Assembly: GCA_044892525.1 (NCBI GenBank)
Contig: CM097885.1
Coordinates: forward strand, 32,738,001 to 32,802,000
Reading direction: 5' to 3'
Length of the DNA: 64,000 bases
DNA from: Schmidtea polychroa
Taxonomy: Eukaryota
Part shown: in pieces, positions 23,873 to 38,440 of the stretch
Position numbering within the stretch: position 1 is the first letter of the stretch
Layout: every line of letters begins with the position of its first letter
Notes under the pieces: generated by a model
What the model was told of the DNA's origin: nothing
Database searches by the model: none
The model's input: only the letters and a program-made list of their open reading frames with translations
Position numbers and translations under genes: made by a program

Positions 23873-25713
23873 CCTTGCGAGTTGTTGAGTGTGACCAGTA
23901 CCTTTGTGAGCAATACCCATAGGGGACAGAATATCTTGTAGGATAAACTCAGAGTATATATAATAATAATCCCTGTGTTTCAAAGACCTTTATTTTCAAA
24001 TAATAATATCTCTTGTCGGGAACTCTCGAATTTCAAATTAAAAAAAATGAACTTTACATTAAAAAATATGACCTTGAAAAGAATTTTAAAATTTTCCCCT
24101 AAAGGGGGGGGGTTGTGATCCAGCGGAGTCCTGATCTAGCGGTGCCCTATCTATCTACTTATTCGTAATGATAAAATAATAATAATAACAATAATAATAA
24201 AAAATAATAATATTAATATTAATAATGATAATAATAATAATAATAATAATAATAATATTAATATTCGTAATGATAAAATAATAATAATAACAATTATAAT
24301 AAAAAATAATAATATTAATATTAATAATGATAATAGTAATAATAATAATAAAAATAATAATAATATTTCAACAATCAGTTATTAACAACCAGCTACTAAT
24401 TATTTTTAACTAGGTGCTAACAAATAAATAACAAATACTTACAACATGATACCATGTAATAACTAACTCTCAACCAACCAAGTAAAAACAACCAAGTACT
24501 AACAACCAACTAAGTATTCTTTATTGTATTTTATCAAATGATTTTTAAATTAATTTTTTATCTGTCTTCAAAAATATTTTTAATTACAATCAGTAGAAAA
24601 ACCTTAATTATTGACAAGAAGAGCTTTAAATTCAAGTCATTAATTAATTTTTTTGATATTTATTATGAGTAATTTAAATTTTTACAATTATTTAATCAAT
24701 CTTTACCAAGTTATTGATGCTTTGAGTTCAATTAATTTTTCATCCAATTTTTTCAAGTGAAGAGCATTTTCTTTTAAAGATCAATTTGTTAGTACATAGT
24801 TGTTGGTTGTAAGTACTTGGTATCTAGTTGAAAATACGTATTCGTAAGTTACTGGTTCGATGATACTAAGTTGTTGGTATCTAGTACTTGGTACGATGTT
24901 GTTAACTGATTGTAATTACATAGATGTAGGTTGATATTTGTTAATTTCTCGATGGGTTTTTACTTGGTTGTTAGTACATGGTACTTGGTATCTGGTTGTT
25001 AGTACATGGTAGCTAGTGAATTGGGTATGTGGGGGTTGAGTGTTACCAATACCCTTACGACTAATACCATTACGACCAGTACTCTTATGACCAGTATCCT
25101 TAGGGGGTCAAAACATCCTGTCGGATAAACTCCGAGTATATATAATAAAATGAATCAATAATAACTATTTATTGAATGCAATTTTTACATTGCAATAATA
25201 GGTCAGTAGTAATCAATTAAAAGAAGAATGTTTTCTGAATAAAAATTAGAATTCAATAGTTTTTAATTGTAATTTTATCTTCAATTCCGCGTAGTGTTTT
25301 AAAGTAGTTGAGTTGACAATTATTTATTTTTGATGAAAATCATCATTTTTGTTAAATTTAGACATTTAGAAAAGGTTTTTCTACTGATTGTAATTAAAAA
25401 TATTTTTGAAGACAGATAAAAAATTAATTTAAAAATCATTTGATAAAATACAATAAAGAATACTTAGTTGGTTGTTAGTACTTGGTTGTTTTTACTTGGT
25501 TGGTTGAGAGTTAGTTATTACATGGTATCATGTTGTAAGTATTTGTTATTTATTTGTTAGCACCTAGTTAAAAATAATTAGTAGCTAGTTGTTGATAACT
25601 GATTGTTGAAATATTATTATTATTTTTATTACTATTATTACTATTATCATTATTAATATTAATATTATTATTTTTTATTATAATTGTTATTATTATTATT
25701 TTATCATTACGAA

Positions 25714-25746
<33 letters not shown>

Positions 25747-28527
25747 CATTATTATTATTATTATTATTATTAGTATTTTTTCATTACAATTATAATTTTT
25801 ATTATTGTTATTATTATTATTTTATCATTACGAATATTATTATTATCATTGAAATTTGCCTCTAAATTTATCTTTAAAAATTATTCCATAAAAATTATCT
25901 TAAAAATATTTTAATTCTCAAACACAAAAAAATTTAAAAATCTTACTTTAATTTACTTATTACATTACTTTACTTATTTAAAAATTATTACTTTAATTTA
26001 CTTATTTAACTTTAATTTAAAATTTTGAACCCAATAATTTACTTATTTAAAATTTTTAACTTTAATTTACTTATCTTTAATTTTCCTAATTATCCTTTAT
26101 TACATAATTTTACACCATAATTTACTTAACAACCAAATATAATCCTTATTTTCATATTTAACCAATAATTTCATGTGGTCATTGATTAATTGATGAAGAT
26201 TTGCATCTAAAATTAACATTGAAAATCCCAGAAAAACTTTCATCTTAAATTGACTTTAATTTTAATATTTTAGATCATTGATTACTTAATTTAAAAATTA
26301 AACATTAATTTAAAAATTAAACCAATATTTTCATGAGGTCACCTGGTATTTAGTTGACAGTGCTCAATATTATGTATCTTGAACTTGGTTGATAAATCTT
26401 AGTACCTGGTTGTTGTCGGTTGTAAGTACTTGATATCTGATACCTAGTTGCTGCTTGTTTTTGGTTGTTAGTACTTGGTATCTGGTAACTGGTTGTTAGT
26501 ATCTAGTTATAGGTATCTGGTTGTAAATACATGTTCGTATATTACTGGTTGATGACACTAAGTTGTTGGTATCTTGTACTTGGTAGTTAGTATCTGATTG
26601 TTGGTTTGTTGTTGAATTATTATTATTAAATATAATTATTAAAATTTGACTTTGAAAAAATATTTCATAAAAATTTCTTTTTAAAATTCACTTTAAAAAA
26701 TATTTCATTAAAATTTTTATTAAAAATTATCTTAAAAACTTATTTCATAAAAATTTTCATTAAAATTTATCTTAAAAAATTTTATTTCTCAGAAGCTGTT
26801 GGTTATTCAAACTTTTTGTTAAAAAATTTGAAAATCTTACTTTAATATACTCATTTAAAAATTATTACTTTAATTTACTTATTTAACTTTATTAAAAATT
26901 TTTGACCATTGGTTACTTAATTTTAAAATTTGAAAATTAATTAACTTTAATTTAACTTTAACTTCCCATCTAATCCAATAAATAAAAAAAATACTGATCA
27001 TTCAAGTTAATATAAATCAACTAAGATAATAAATTAATAAGAACTAGTAAATAAATGGTTTAGATTGAATAAATTAATTGAAATAAATTAATTTAAACTA
27101 TTTTTTAAGACACATGTATACTCAAGTTGATTGAGTGATTGATCAAATTATTCATTTACAATTATCAAATTTAACATTATCTTAGAAATAAATATCAAAA
27201 GAGACTGACTGATAACTAATGATAGCATCTAATAAATCAGTAAAATCTTTTAAATGACAATAATTGGTATAAGCGAATTTTCCAGTAAAATCATCTAAAA
27301 GCATCAAATTTCCCTGAAATAAATCTAACTTTAAAGATTAGTTTTTATCGATAAATACCCTTAAAAGGTTATATATTTCCCTCAGACTAATAAGATTCCA
27401 TAAAATCCCATTAAATGAATATAATTATATCTTTAATTCCTATTATCACACATATTTCACTAAAATCATCAAAAATCATTAACTCTAAACAATTTATAAA
27501 ATCTAATGATAAAACTAGTTATAATTAAAAATAATTAAATTTTTGTTCTACTCGAAATTAAAAAAAATTACATTTTCCCATCAAAACCCATCCCTCATTA
27601 AACCCAACCGACTAAATTCTCCCTTAACAAACATATATTCCCATCTTAACCGATTCCTCATTAAATCAAACCGACTATATCATCCTTAAAGATTCTAAAT
27701 TCCCATCTAAACTGATCTCTCATTAAATATTTTTACTTTTAAACATCAATATACATCCTTAATGTCCTTAAAGATTCCATCCACTTGAGCCCTTTAATAT
27801 ATCAATTCTCTAAAATCCATAGAAAATTCTTCAAAAATATGAATTTTATTTAATTGTTACAGACACCAAATATTCTTACATTGAAATAATTTAGTAGCTA
27901 TGTAGTAAAAGACCAATATTATTATTACTTTAATTTTCTTATTTAACTTTTATTTTAAAATTTGAAACTTAATTAACTTTAATTTAATTTTTTAGAACCT
28001 TAATTTACTATAATTCAAATATTTTAGACCATTGATTACTTGAATTAACTTATTTAGACCATAATTAACTCATTTGAACCCATTGATTATTTTAATTCAA
28101 TTATTAGACCCATCATTTACTTTAATTTAAAATTTGAACCTTAAATTACTTATTTGAGCCAATTCATTAGTTTAATTTTAAATCTTAGACCTTGATCTAC
28201 TTTAATTTAATTTTTTAGACCATAATTTACTGTAATTCAAAAATTTACCATGCTTTTTTAGCGAGAACCCTTTTTTGTATTAAAATTCTTAGGTTCCGTC
28301 GAGAGCTCCTCACTATAGTCTGAAAAAAATTTATTTGTATTGAAAAAAAAATTTTGTATTGAAAATCCCAGAAAAAAACATTGGAGCGTACGGCAACAAT
28401 TATGTAATCAAAAAAGCAAAAATGTCTACGGCAGCAATTATGTAATCAAAAGTTGCAACAATTTTACCCCCCCCCCCCCCCCCCCCCCCCTCCCGGTAAT
28501 TGTTGCCGTAAACTCCTAACTACCTGC

Positions 28528-29048
28528 TTTAAAGTATTCAAAGTTTTGACAGCTTTAGCTAAAGAATCATTCACAAATCGATGAGAACCAATGAATTTTA
28601 AACTAATTTTCCCTAAATGAGCTATCAATGAAATAAATTTTTCGGTTGTAATTGGAATACAACCTTAAGAACGGTTCTTAAATTTATTTAATCCATATTT
28701 AAGGATATGATGCATATCGTATCCTTTCAGGTTATGCAATACAATAGGTGTAATTTTATATGTTTTTCTATTTACATTACACGTGCTACAAGAAGCACCC
28801 AAATATTCCCCTGTAAAATGATCATGATTTCTAACAGGATCAACGATACTTTTCATACAAAGCTAGCAAAGAGTAGCACTATCATATTGCTGTTGCTCAA
28901 TATTAGTCAAATTTTTAATAGGGTTCCTAATAATTTTATAATAATAAGGTAGTACTTTATGTAAGGCAATATATCCTCTACAGCACTTAAACAATTTTCG
29001 ACGCAATCTAAACCTATAAACTGCTGATAAGATTTAGATCCATCGAAA
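28528..29048 (-). pseudogene. Second-lineage PolB fragment, unit 2
   Basis: Same as 19490-20010. Confidence 0.85.
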
Positions 29049-29237
29049 TTATTTAATTTAATTTTTTAATTTAAATTGTAATAAATTCAATAAAATATCT
29101 GATTTAACAATCACACAAAGATTGAATTCCTTACGACAGTTACATTATCTTCCTAAAGTTTCACAACTAGAGAAATCTGCCTTAGTGAATGGCGCAAAAA
29201 TGTATTTTCATTCGCATAAAATAGACATATCTGTCGC

Positions 29238-31001
29238 TTTTCTATGCTATTGTTTATCATCAATCAACACGATTTAGTCCCTTTATACACAAGTTTTCTT
29301 TATAAAATCAACTCAATTTAATAATATAATTTCTGTTGTTACTTTGCTGTCAAAAATATTTATTTATTTATCAAACTGGATAATTAATTGTGTACTTTTT
29401 CAAAATTCATTAATTTGTATTTTTACGATTTCTCCTTTTAGGGTCCCCGATCAATTGGAAATTATTTGATACATGTTTGTTTTATTATGTGCAATCGATT
29501 TTCATTTCCCCCAAATTATATATTTATTGTTTTAATCGCAATTCAATCAATTAATTATTAATTAATTTACACAAATCTTACAAGTGTATAAAAGAGATAT
29601 TAAGGAAATAAAATATAAAATACAAATATTTCATTCGAGTTAGAAATTTGCGGAATAATTATTAAATCATTAAATTTATTGTTTAAATTTCCATTTATTC
29701 TTCATTACCATAAGTTCACATGATGGAAAATAAAGATATATTTGCAGATTCTAATGAAGATTTCTTCAAATACTTTGAAAAGACATTCGATAAACATATG
29801 ATGACTCCTGAATTACTGAAATGTGGATTCGAAGAAGCATTCTTGAAAACTCTTGCGAATGGAGCGAGGACTATGAAGCCATTCATCATTTATATGCATG
29901 ATTCTAATAACGACAATCATGAGATATTTTTCATGAAAAATGTTTGCAATGAAATCATTTGTGAATATCTTCTTGAAGAAAATTGGCCTATTTGGCCTAT
30001 AGATATTTCTGATATTAAAACAAAAAATGAATTTTTCAATTTAATTGATAGTCGATTATATACAAATAGAATGTTTTCATACAAATTACCAATGTTGTTG
30101 ATGTGTACCAAACAAGGAATATGTGAATTCATTCAAACATATATGTGTAGTGAGGATCCCATGATAATTGTTGGACAAATTTTCGATGCTGGGGGAGAAT
30201 TCAAAATTGAAAAAGAATTGCAAATTTCAATTGCAAATTCTAGAAGAGATAAATCTCTTTTAATGAAAAAAAAGAAACAGGCTATATTAGAAAAAGAAAG
30301 AGAAAGTCAAATACTTCAACAAAATATCATGTTGGAAGAACAAAAAAGGATAGAAAGAGAAAATCAAAGATTGATCGAAGAATCAAATCGAAATAATCTT
30401 ATTGAATTTGCAAAGAATCAAATTGTGGACGTTTCTCCTTCATCGAATAATTTCACGTTTAGAATACGTTTACCAAACCAACAGACAATTGTGCGAGAAT
30501 TCGGAGAATCACAAACTGTGAATGACTTACTCTACTTTATTGAATCGAATAATTATTTGAGATCGGAAGTCAAAGTTATGTTTTCTTATCCGACCAGAAA
30601 CATGTGCGAGATCGGTGACGTTTCGATCAAATTGAAAGATTCAGGAGCAAACAGACGAGAAGTCATCAACATTCTCAAGCTCTAGTAATGTTCATTTTCA
30701 ATAATTGTTCGCAAATATTTTTCTTTGAAAGAAAAGCTTAACTATTATTCCCATTAATTAAGATTATAATTTATAAAACTTTACTTTTTCAAAATAATTT
30801 CCTTGAAATTTTGTTAATTTGTTATCATTAATTATGATTATAATTCAGTTTAAAATAAGTAGTTAGTGGCCTTGCTCCTTCTCTGGGGAAATCAGTGTCA
30901 ATGTGTAACACTGATTATAGTGAGTGGGTATTATGGTCTTATGAGTACGGGGATATGAGCCCACTGGGCCAACTCCCCGGATGATTTTTGCTTTTTTCCT
31001 A
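29238..31001 (+). repeat. Partial tandem unit 3
   Basis: Matches the unit start through GCTTTTTTCCTA, then diverges. Confidence 0.95.
29720..30685 (+). CDS. FAF1-like UAS-UBX protein, copy 3
   Basis: Identical protein. Confidence 0.9.
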   Translation: MMENKDIFADSNEDFFKYFEKTFDKHMMTPELLKCGFEEAFLKTLANGARTMKPFIIYMHDSNNDNHEIFFMKNVCNEIICEYLLEENWPIWPIDISDIKTKNEFFNLIDSRLYTNRMFSYKLPMLLMCTKQGICEFIQTYMCSEDPMIIVGQIFDAGGEFKIEKELQISIANSRRDKSLLMKKKKQAILEKERESQILQQNIMLEEQKRIERENQRLIEESNRNNLIEFAKNQIVDVSPSSNNFTFRIRLPNQQTIVREFGESQTVNDLLYFIESNNYLRSEVKVMFSYPTRNMCEIGDVSIKLKDSGANRREVINILKL

Positions 31002-31126
31002 GAAAACTGAGGATTTTTTGTAAGTCAATCCCATTTGTTTATTTTGTAAAATCGACTATAAAACTATGGATCCGCGAGGACAAAGACTTATTTTTATAGT
31101 TAACTATAGAGGTAAAATACACACAC

Positions 31127-31184
<58 letters not shown>

Positions 31185-32191
31185 AAATTTATCGAATATA
31201 AAAACAGCTCTCCACTGTATCAAAATTTGATTATTGAAAGTTCTTGACACTATATTTTTGCGAACAATCTCTCATTTTGAAGGGTTTTACTCAGGGTATC
31301 CGAATGTTTATTGTTGTGATCAATGGTAATTAAAGGTATGGCAAGGGTCATTTTTAAGTTTTTTTTGGATGGTCAAAATCAAAAAATAATATTTTTTAAA
31401 TTAAAGTCATGTCGAAAGAGGAATAAATTGTTGATGTGTAGTTAGAGTTGTGTTAGTTAGAGTTGCTCTACAATATGGTGCTATGAAGACCTTGAAGGTT
31501 CCACCATGGGTTAAAAATTTTGATTTTATTAAACATACCTTACCTAACCCTACAAGGTTTCACCAGGGTCGAAGGTCACCAAGTTCAAAATTCCAAAAAC
31601 TTAAAATTCTTAGAAATTTTTTCTGCACATTTTAATTTTAATTTTTAAAAAATTTTAAATGTTTTAAAAACTTATTAAAATAGTCATATTAGGTTCTAAT
31701 ATTATCATCCGATATGTCAGGTGAAAGAGGAGAATGATATCTATCGAATAACATATAAATCAATGTATTGTTATTTATATTAAAAAAAAATCAAAGAACA
31801 ATAAAATATATTTTCAAATTTAATAAACTTGACAAACCATTCAAATCATGTACAGTTATATATCGTTGAAAAGAGGAAGCAAAATCTATCGAATGACATA
31901 TTATTGTATGCATTATCATATACATTGAACAATATATTAAAATTAAAATTTTTAAAAATTTTAAAAATAAAGTTTTGATATGTGGTAGAGAATCAGAAAA
32001 CGAATATTTTTAATTAATAAAATTAATAAATTAAATTAATAAAAATTAATAAAAATTAAGAATTAATAAAAAAGTATATATTTTAATGTCCTTATTAATC
32101 ATGTTTTCGTTAATTATGCATTTATAATAGGCAACTTTATTATTCATGTACTTGTATTGCACGTGCCTTTATTATTCATACCTTAACACTC

Positions 32192-32304
<113 letters not shown>

Positions 32305-32354
32305 TACATTATTTGTATAAATGATGATTTATTATCAATATTTTTTTTATTTAA

Positions 32355-32881
32355 ATGAACTAAACCAATTTTATTATAAGTTTACTCAATGGAGTACTTT
32401 CAAATGAAGAAGAAAATAAAATGATTACAAGATTACAAACCGTGGTATCCTAAGCTGAGAAGATAACAAAAGAAAACCCTATTGATTTGTCTTATACTTT
32501 AAATCAGAAATCGATCGGATCAATGAAACTGGTACTTTCTTCTCTTTTCGAATCAGTTATGAACTGGACATGCGTCATAGTGGCTTAAATGTATATGAAG
32601 CAGATTCCCTTCAAATCTCAATTTTTTTATCAGAATTATTTCAAACTGTCATTCGAAGTAATTGATTTAACAATTATCTATATAATATTAATTATTATTT
32701 TTAGATTTTTAGAAATAAAATATGCTCATGGGTTCATCAAAATGGAAATTGGTAAACGGTAAAAGATCATCGCAAGAACGATGAAGATGCACGAAAAGCA
32801 GAAGAAACTCTAACCAATATTTTAAAGTTGACATTATGTGGTACCGGAGTATTGATTACTGTATTATTGTTTTGTAAATAA
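32355..32881 (+). pseudogene. Bcl-2-family gene B (exons 32355-32657, 32705-32881; four in-frame TAA, no frameshift)
   Basis: MN*TNFIISLLNG...LFESVMNWTCVIVA*MYMKQ (BH1-like)...FE|IFRNKICSWVHQNGNW*TV (BH2)...LKLTLCGTGVLITVLLFCK (TM); 47-nt phase-0 intron after codon 101, as in gene A. Confidence 0.8.
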
Positions 32882-35800
32882 TTGTTTTAAATTGTTTTTA
32901 TAAAATATATTGTTTTATTCTAATATTTTTTTTTGTTTTAAATTGGATTGACCTACATAAAAAATTAAATAAAAATTCTTTAAAAATAAATAAAAATAAT
33001 AATTTTTAGGAAAAAAGCAAACATCATCCGGGGAGTTGGCCCAGTGGGCTCATATCCCCGTACTCATAAGACCATAATACCCACTCACTATAATCAGTGT
33101 TACACATTGACACTGATTTCCCCAGAGAAGGAGCAAGGCCACTAACTACTTATTTTAAACTGAATTATAATCATAATTAATGATAACAAATTAACAAAAT
33201 TTCAAGGAAATTATTTTGAAAAAGTAAAGTTTTATAAATTATAATCATAATTAATGGGAATAATAGTTAAGCTTTTCTTTCAAAGAAAAATATTTGCGAA
33301 CAATTATTGAAAATGAACATTACTAGAGCTTGAGAATGTTGATGACTTCTCGTCTGTTTGCTCCTGAATCTTTCAATTTGATCGAAACGTCACCGATCTC
33401 GCACATGTTTCTGGTCGGATAAGAAAACATAACTTTGACTTCCGATCTCAAATAATTATTCGATTCAATAAAGTAGAGTAAGTCATTCACAGTTTGTGAT
33501 TCTCCGAATTCTCGCACAATTGTCTGTTGGTTTGGTAAACGTATTCTAAACGTGAAATTATTCGATGAAGGAGAAACGTCCACAATTTGATTCTTTGCAA
33601 ATTCAATAAGATTGTTTCGATTTGATTCTTCGATCAATCTTTGATTTTCTCTTTCTATCCTTTTTTGTTCTTCCAACATGATATTTTGTTGAAGTATTTG
33701 ACTTTCTCTTTCTTTTTCTAATATAGCCTGTTTCTTTTTTTTCATTAAAAGAGATTTATCTCTTCTAGAATTTGCAATTGAAATTTGCAATTCTTTTTCA
33801 ATTTTGAATTCTCCCCCAGCATCGAAAATTTGTCCAACAATTATCATGGGATCCTCACTACACATATATGTTTGAATGAATTCACATATTCCTTGTTTGG
33901 TACACATCAACAACATTGGTAATTTGTATGAAAACATTCTATTTGTATATAATCGACTATCAATTAAATTGAAAAATTCATTTTTTGTTTTAATATCAGA
34001 AATATCTATAGGCCAAATAGGCCAATTTTCTTCAAGAAGATATTCACAAATGATTTCATTGCAAACATTTTTCATGAAAAATATCTCATGATTGTCGTTA
34101 TTAGAATCATGCATATAAATGATGAATGGCTTCATAGTCCTCGCTCCATTCGCAAGAGTTTTCAAGAATGCTTCTTCGAATCCACATTTCAGTAATTCAG
34201 GAGTCATCATATGTTTATCGAATGTCTTTTCAAAGTATTTGAAGAAATCTTCATTAGAATCTGCAAATATATCTTTATTTTCCATCATGTGAACTTATGG
34301 TAATGAAGAATAAATGGAAATTTAAACAATAAATTTAATGATTTAATAATTATTCCGCAAATTTCTAACTCGAATGAAATATTTGTATTTTATATTTTAT
34401 TTCCTTAATATCTCTTTTATACACTTGTAAGATTTGTGTAAATTAATTAATAATTAATTGATTGAATTGCGATTAAAACAATAAATATATAATTTGGAGG
34501 AAATAAAAATCGATTGCACATAATAAAACAAACATGTATCAAATAATTTCCAATTGATCGGGGACCCTAAAAGGAGAAATCGTAAAAATACAAATTAATG
34601 AATTTTGAAAAAGTACACAATTAATTATCCAGTTTGATAAATAAATAAATATTTTTGACAGCAAAGTAACAACAGAAATTATATTATTAAATTGAGTTGA
34701 TTTTATAAAGAAAACTTGTGTATAAAGGGACTAAATCGTGTTGATTGATGATAAACAATAGCATAGAAAAGCGACAGATATGTCTATTTTATGCGAATGA
34801 AAATATATTTTTGCGCCATTCACTAAGGCAGATTTCTCTAGTTGTGAAACTTTAGGAAGATAATGTAACTGTCGTAAGGAATTCAATCTTTGTGTGATTG
34901 TTAAATCAGATATTTTATTGAATTTATTACAATTTAAATTAAAAAATTAAATTAAATAATTTCGATGGATCTAAATCTTATCAGCAGTTTATAGGTTTAG
35001 ATTGCGTCGAAAATTGTTTAAGTGCTGTAGAGGATATATTGCCTTACATAAAGTACTACCTTATTATTATAAAATTATTAGGAACCCTATTTATTGGATT
35101 AGATGGGAAGTTAAAGTTAAATTAAAGTTAATTAATTTTCAAATTTTAAAATTAAGTAACCAATGGTCAAAAATTTTTAATAAAGTTAAATAAGTAAATT
35201 AAAGTAATAATTTTTAAATGAGTATATTAAAGTAAGATTTTCAAATTTTTTAACAAAAAGTTTGAATAACCAACAGCTTCTGAGAAATAAAATTTTTTAA
35301 GATAAATTTTAATGAAAATTTTTATGAAATAAGTTTTTAAGATAATTTTTAATAAAAATTTTAATGAAATATTTTTTAAAGTGAATTTTAAAAAGAAATT
35401 TTTATGAAATATTTTTTCAAAGTCAAATTTTAATAATTATATTTAATAATAATAATTCAACAACAAACCAACAATCAGATACTAACTACCAAGTACAAGA
35501 TACCAACAACTTAGTGTCATCAACCAGTAATATACGAACATGTATTTACAACCAGATACCTATAACTAGATACTAACAACCAGTTACCAGATACCAAGTA
35601 CTAACAACCAAAAACAAGCAGCAACTAGGTATCAGATATCAAGTACTTACAACCGACAACAACCAGGTACTAAGATTTATCAACCAAGTTCAAGATACAT
35701 AATATTGAGCACTGTCAACTAAATACCAGGTGACCTCATGAAAATATTGGTTTAATTTTTAAATTAATGTTTAATTTTTAAATTAAGTAATCAATGATCT

Positions 35801-36319
35801 AAAATATTAAAATTAAAGTCAATTTAAGATGAAAGTTTTTCTGGGATTTTCAATGTTAATTTTAGATGCAAATCTTCATCAATTAATCAATGACCACATG
35901 AAATTATTGGTTAAATATGAAAATAAGGATTATATTTGGTTGTTAAGTAAATTATGGTGTAAAATTATGTAATAAAGGATAATTAGGAAAATTAAAGATA
36001 AGTAAATTAAAGTTAAAAATTTTAAATAAGTGAATTATTGGGTTCAAAATTTTAATTTAAAGTTAAATAAGTAAATTAAAGTAATAATTTTTAAATAAGT
36101 AAAGTAATGTAATAAGTAAATTAAAGTAAGATTTTTAAATTTTTTTGTGTTTGAGAATAAAAATATTTTTAAGATAATTTTTATGGAATAATTTTAAAAG
36201 ATAAATTTAGATGCAAATTTCAATGATAATAATAATATTCGTAATGATAAAATAATAATAATAACAATAATAAAAATTATAATTGTAATGAAAAAATACT
36301 AATAATAATAATAATAATG

Positions 36320-36352
<33 letters not shown>

Positions 36353-38150
36353 TTCGTAATGATAAAATAATAATAATAACAATTATAATAAAAAATAATA
36401 ATATTAATATTAATAATGATAATAGTAATAATAATAATAAAAATAATAATAATATTTCAACAATCAGTTATCAACAACCAGCTACTAATTATTTTTAACT
36501 AGGTGCTAACAAATAAATAACAAATACTTACAACATGATACCATGTAATAACTAACTCTCAACCAACCAAGTAAAAACAACCAAGTACTAACAACCAACT
36601 AAGTATTCTTTATTGTATTTTATCAAATGATTTTTAAAATAATTTTTTAACTGTCTTCAAAAATATTTTTAATTACAATCAGTAGAAAAACCTTTTCTAA
36701 ATGTCTAAATTTAACAAAAATGATGATTTTCATCAAAAATAAATAATTGTCAACTCAACTACTTTAAAACACTACGCGGAATTGAAGATAAAATTACAAT
36801 TAAAAACTATTGAATTCTAATTTTTATTCAGAAAACATTCTTCTTTTAATTGATTACTACTGACCTATTATTGCAATGTAAAAATTGCATTCAATAAATA
36901 GTTATTATTGATTCATTTTATTATATATACTCGGAGTTTATCCGACAGGATGTTTTGACCCCCTAAGGATACTGGTCATAAGAGTACTGGTCGTAATGGT
37001 ATTAGTCGTAAGGGTATTGGTAACACTCAACCCCCACATACCAAATTCACTAGCTACCATGTACTAACAACCAGATACCAAGTACCATGTACTAACAACC
37101 AAGTAAAAACCCATCGAGAAATTAACAAATATCAACCTACATCTATGTAATTACAATCAGTTAACAACATCGTACCAAGTACTAGATACCAACCACTTAG
37201 TATCATCGAACCAGTAACTTACGAATACGTATTTTCAACTAGATACCAAGTACTTACAACCAACAACTATGTACTAACAAATTGATCTTTAAAAGAAAAT
37301 GCTCTTCACTTGAAAAAATTGGATGAAAAATTAATTGAACTCAAGGCATCAATAACTTGGTAAAGATTGAATAAATAATTGTAAAAATTTAAATTACTCA
37401 AAATAAATATCAAAAGAATTAATTAATGACTTGAATTTAAAGCTCTTCTTGTCATTAATTAAGGTTTTTCTACTGATTGTAATTAAAAATATTTTTGAAG
37501 ACAGATAAAAAATTAATTTAAAAATCATTTGATAAAATACAATAAAGAATACTTAGTTGGTTGTTAGTACTTGGTTGTTTTTACTTGGTTGGTTGAGAGT
37601 TAGTTATTACATGGTATCATGTTGTAAGTATTTGTTATTTATTTGTTAGCACCTAGTTAAAAATAATTAGTAGCTGGTTGTTGATAACAGATTGTTGAAA
37701 TATTATTATTATTATTATTTTTATTTATTTATTATTACTATTATCATTATTAATATTAATATTATTATTTTTTATTATTATTGTTATTATTATTATTTTA
37801 TCATTACGAATAAGTAGATAGATAGGGCACCGCTAGATCAGGATTCCGCTGGATCACAACCCCCCCCCCCCCCTTAGGGGAAAATTTTAAAATTCTTTTC
37901 AAGGTCATATTTTTTAATGTAAAGTTCATTTTTTTTTAATTTGAAATTCGAGAGTTCCCGACAAGAGATATTATTATTTGAAAATAAAGGTCTTTGAAAC
38001 ACAGGGATTATTATTATATATACTCTGAGTTTATCCGACAAGAAATTCTGTCCCCTATGGGTATTGCTCACAAAGGTACTGGTCGCACTCAACAACTCGC
38101 AAGGGTATTATTATTATTATTATTATTATAATTATTATTAATATTATTAC

Positions 38151-38231
<81 letters not shown>

Positions 38232-38251
38232 AATTACTATTATTATTATCA

Positions 38252-38343
<92 letters not shown>

Positions 38344-38372
38344 TAATATTGTTATTATCATTATTTTTTTTT

Positions 38373-38440
<68 letters not shown>

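Larger units (their letters stand above)
20200..29237 (+). repeat. ~9.04-kb tandem unit 2
   Basis: Collinear with unit 1, with a few substitutions and small indels. Confidence 0.97.

Noticed and set aside
11149..31001. Tandem array as a pure assembly artefact
   Set aside because: Units differ by substitutions, microsatellite lengths and reciprocal small duplications; long reads are still needed to exclude it fully.
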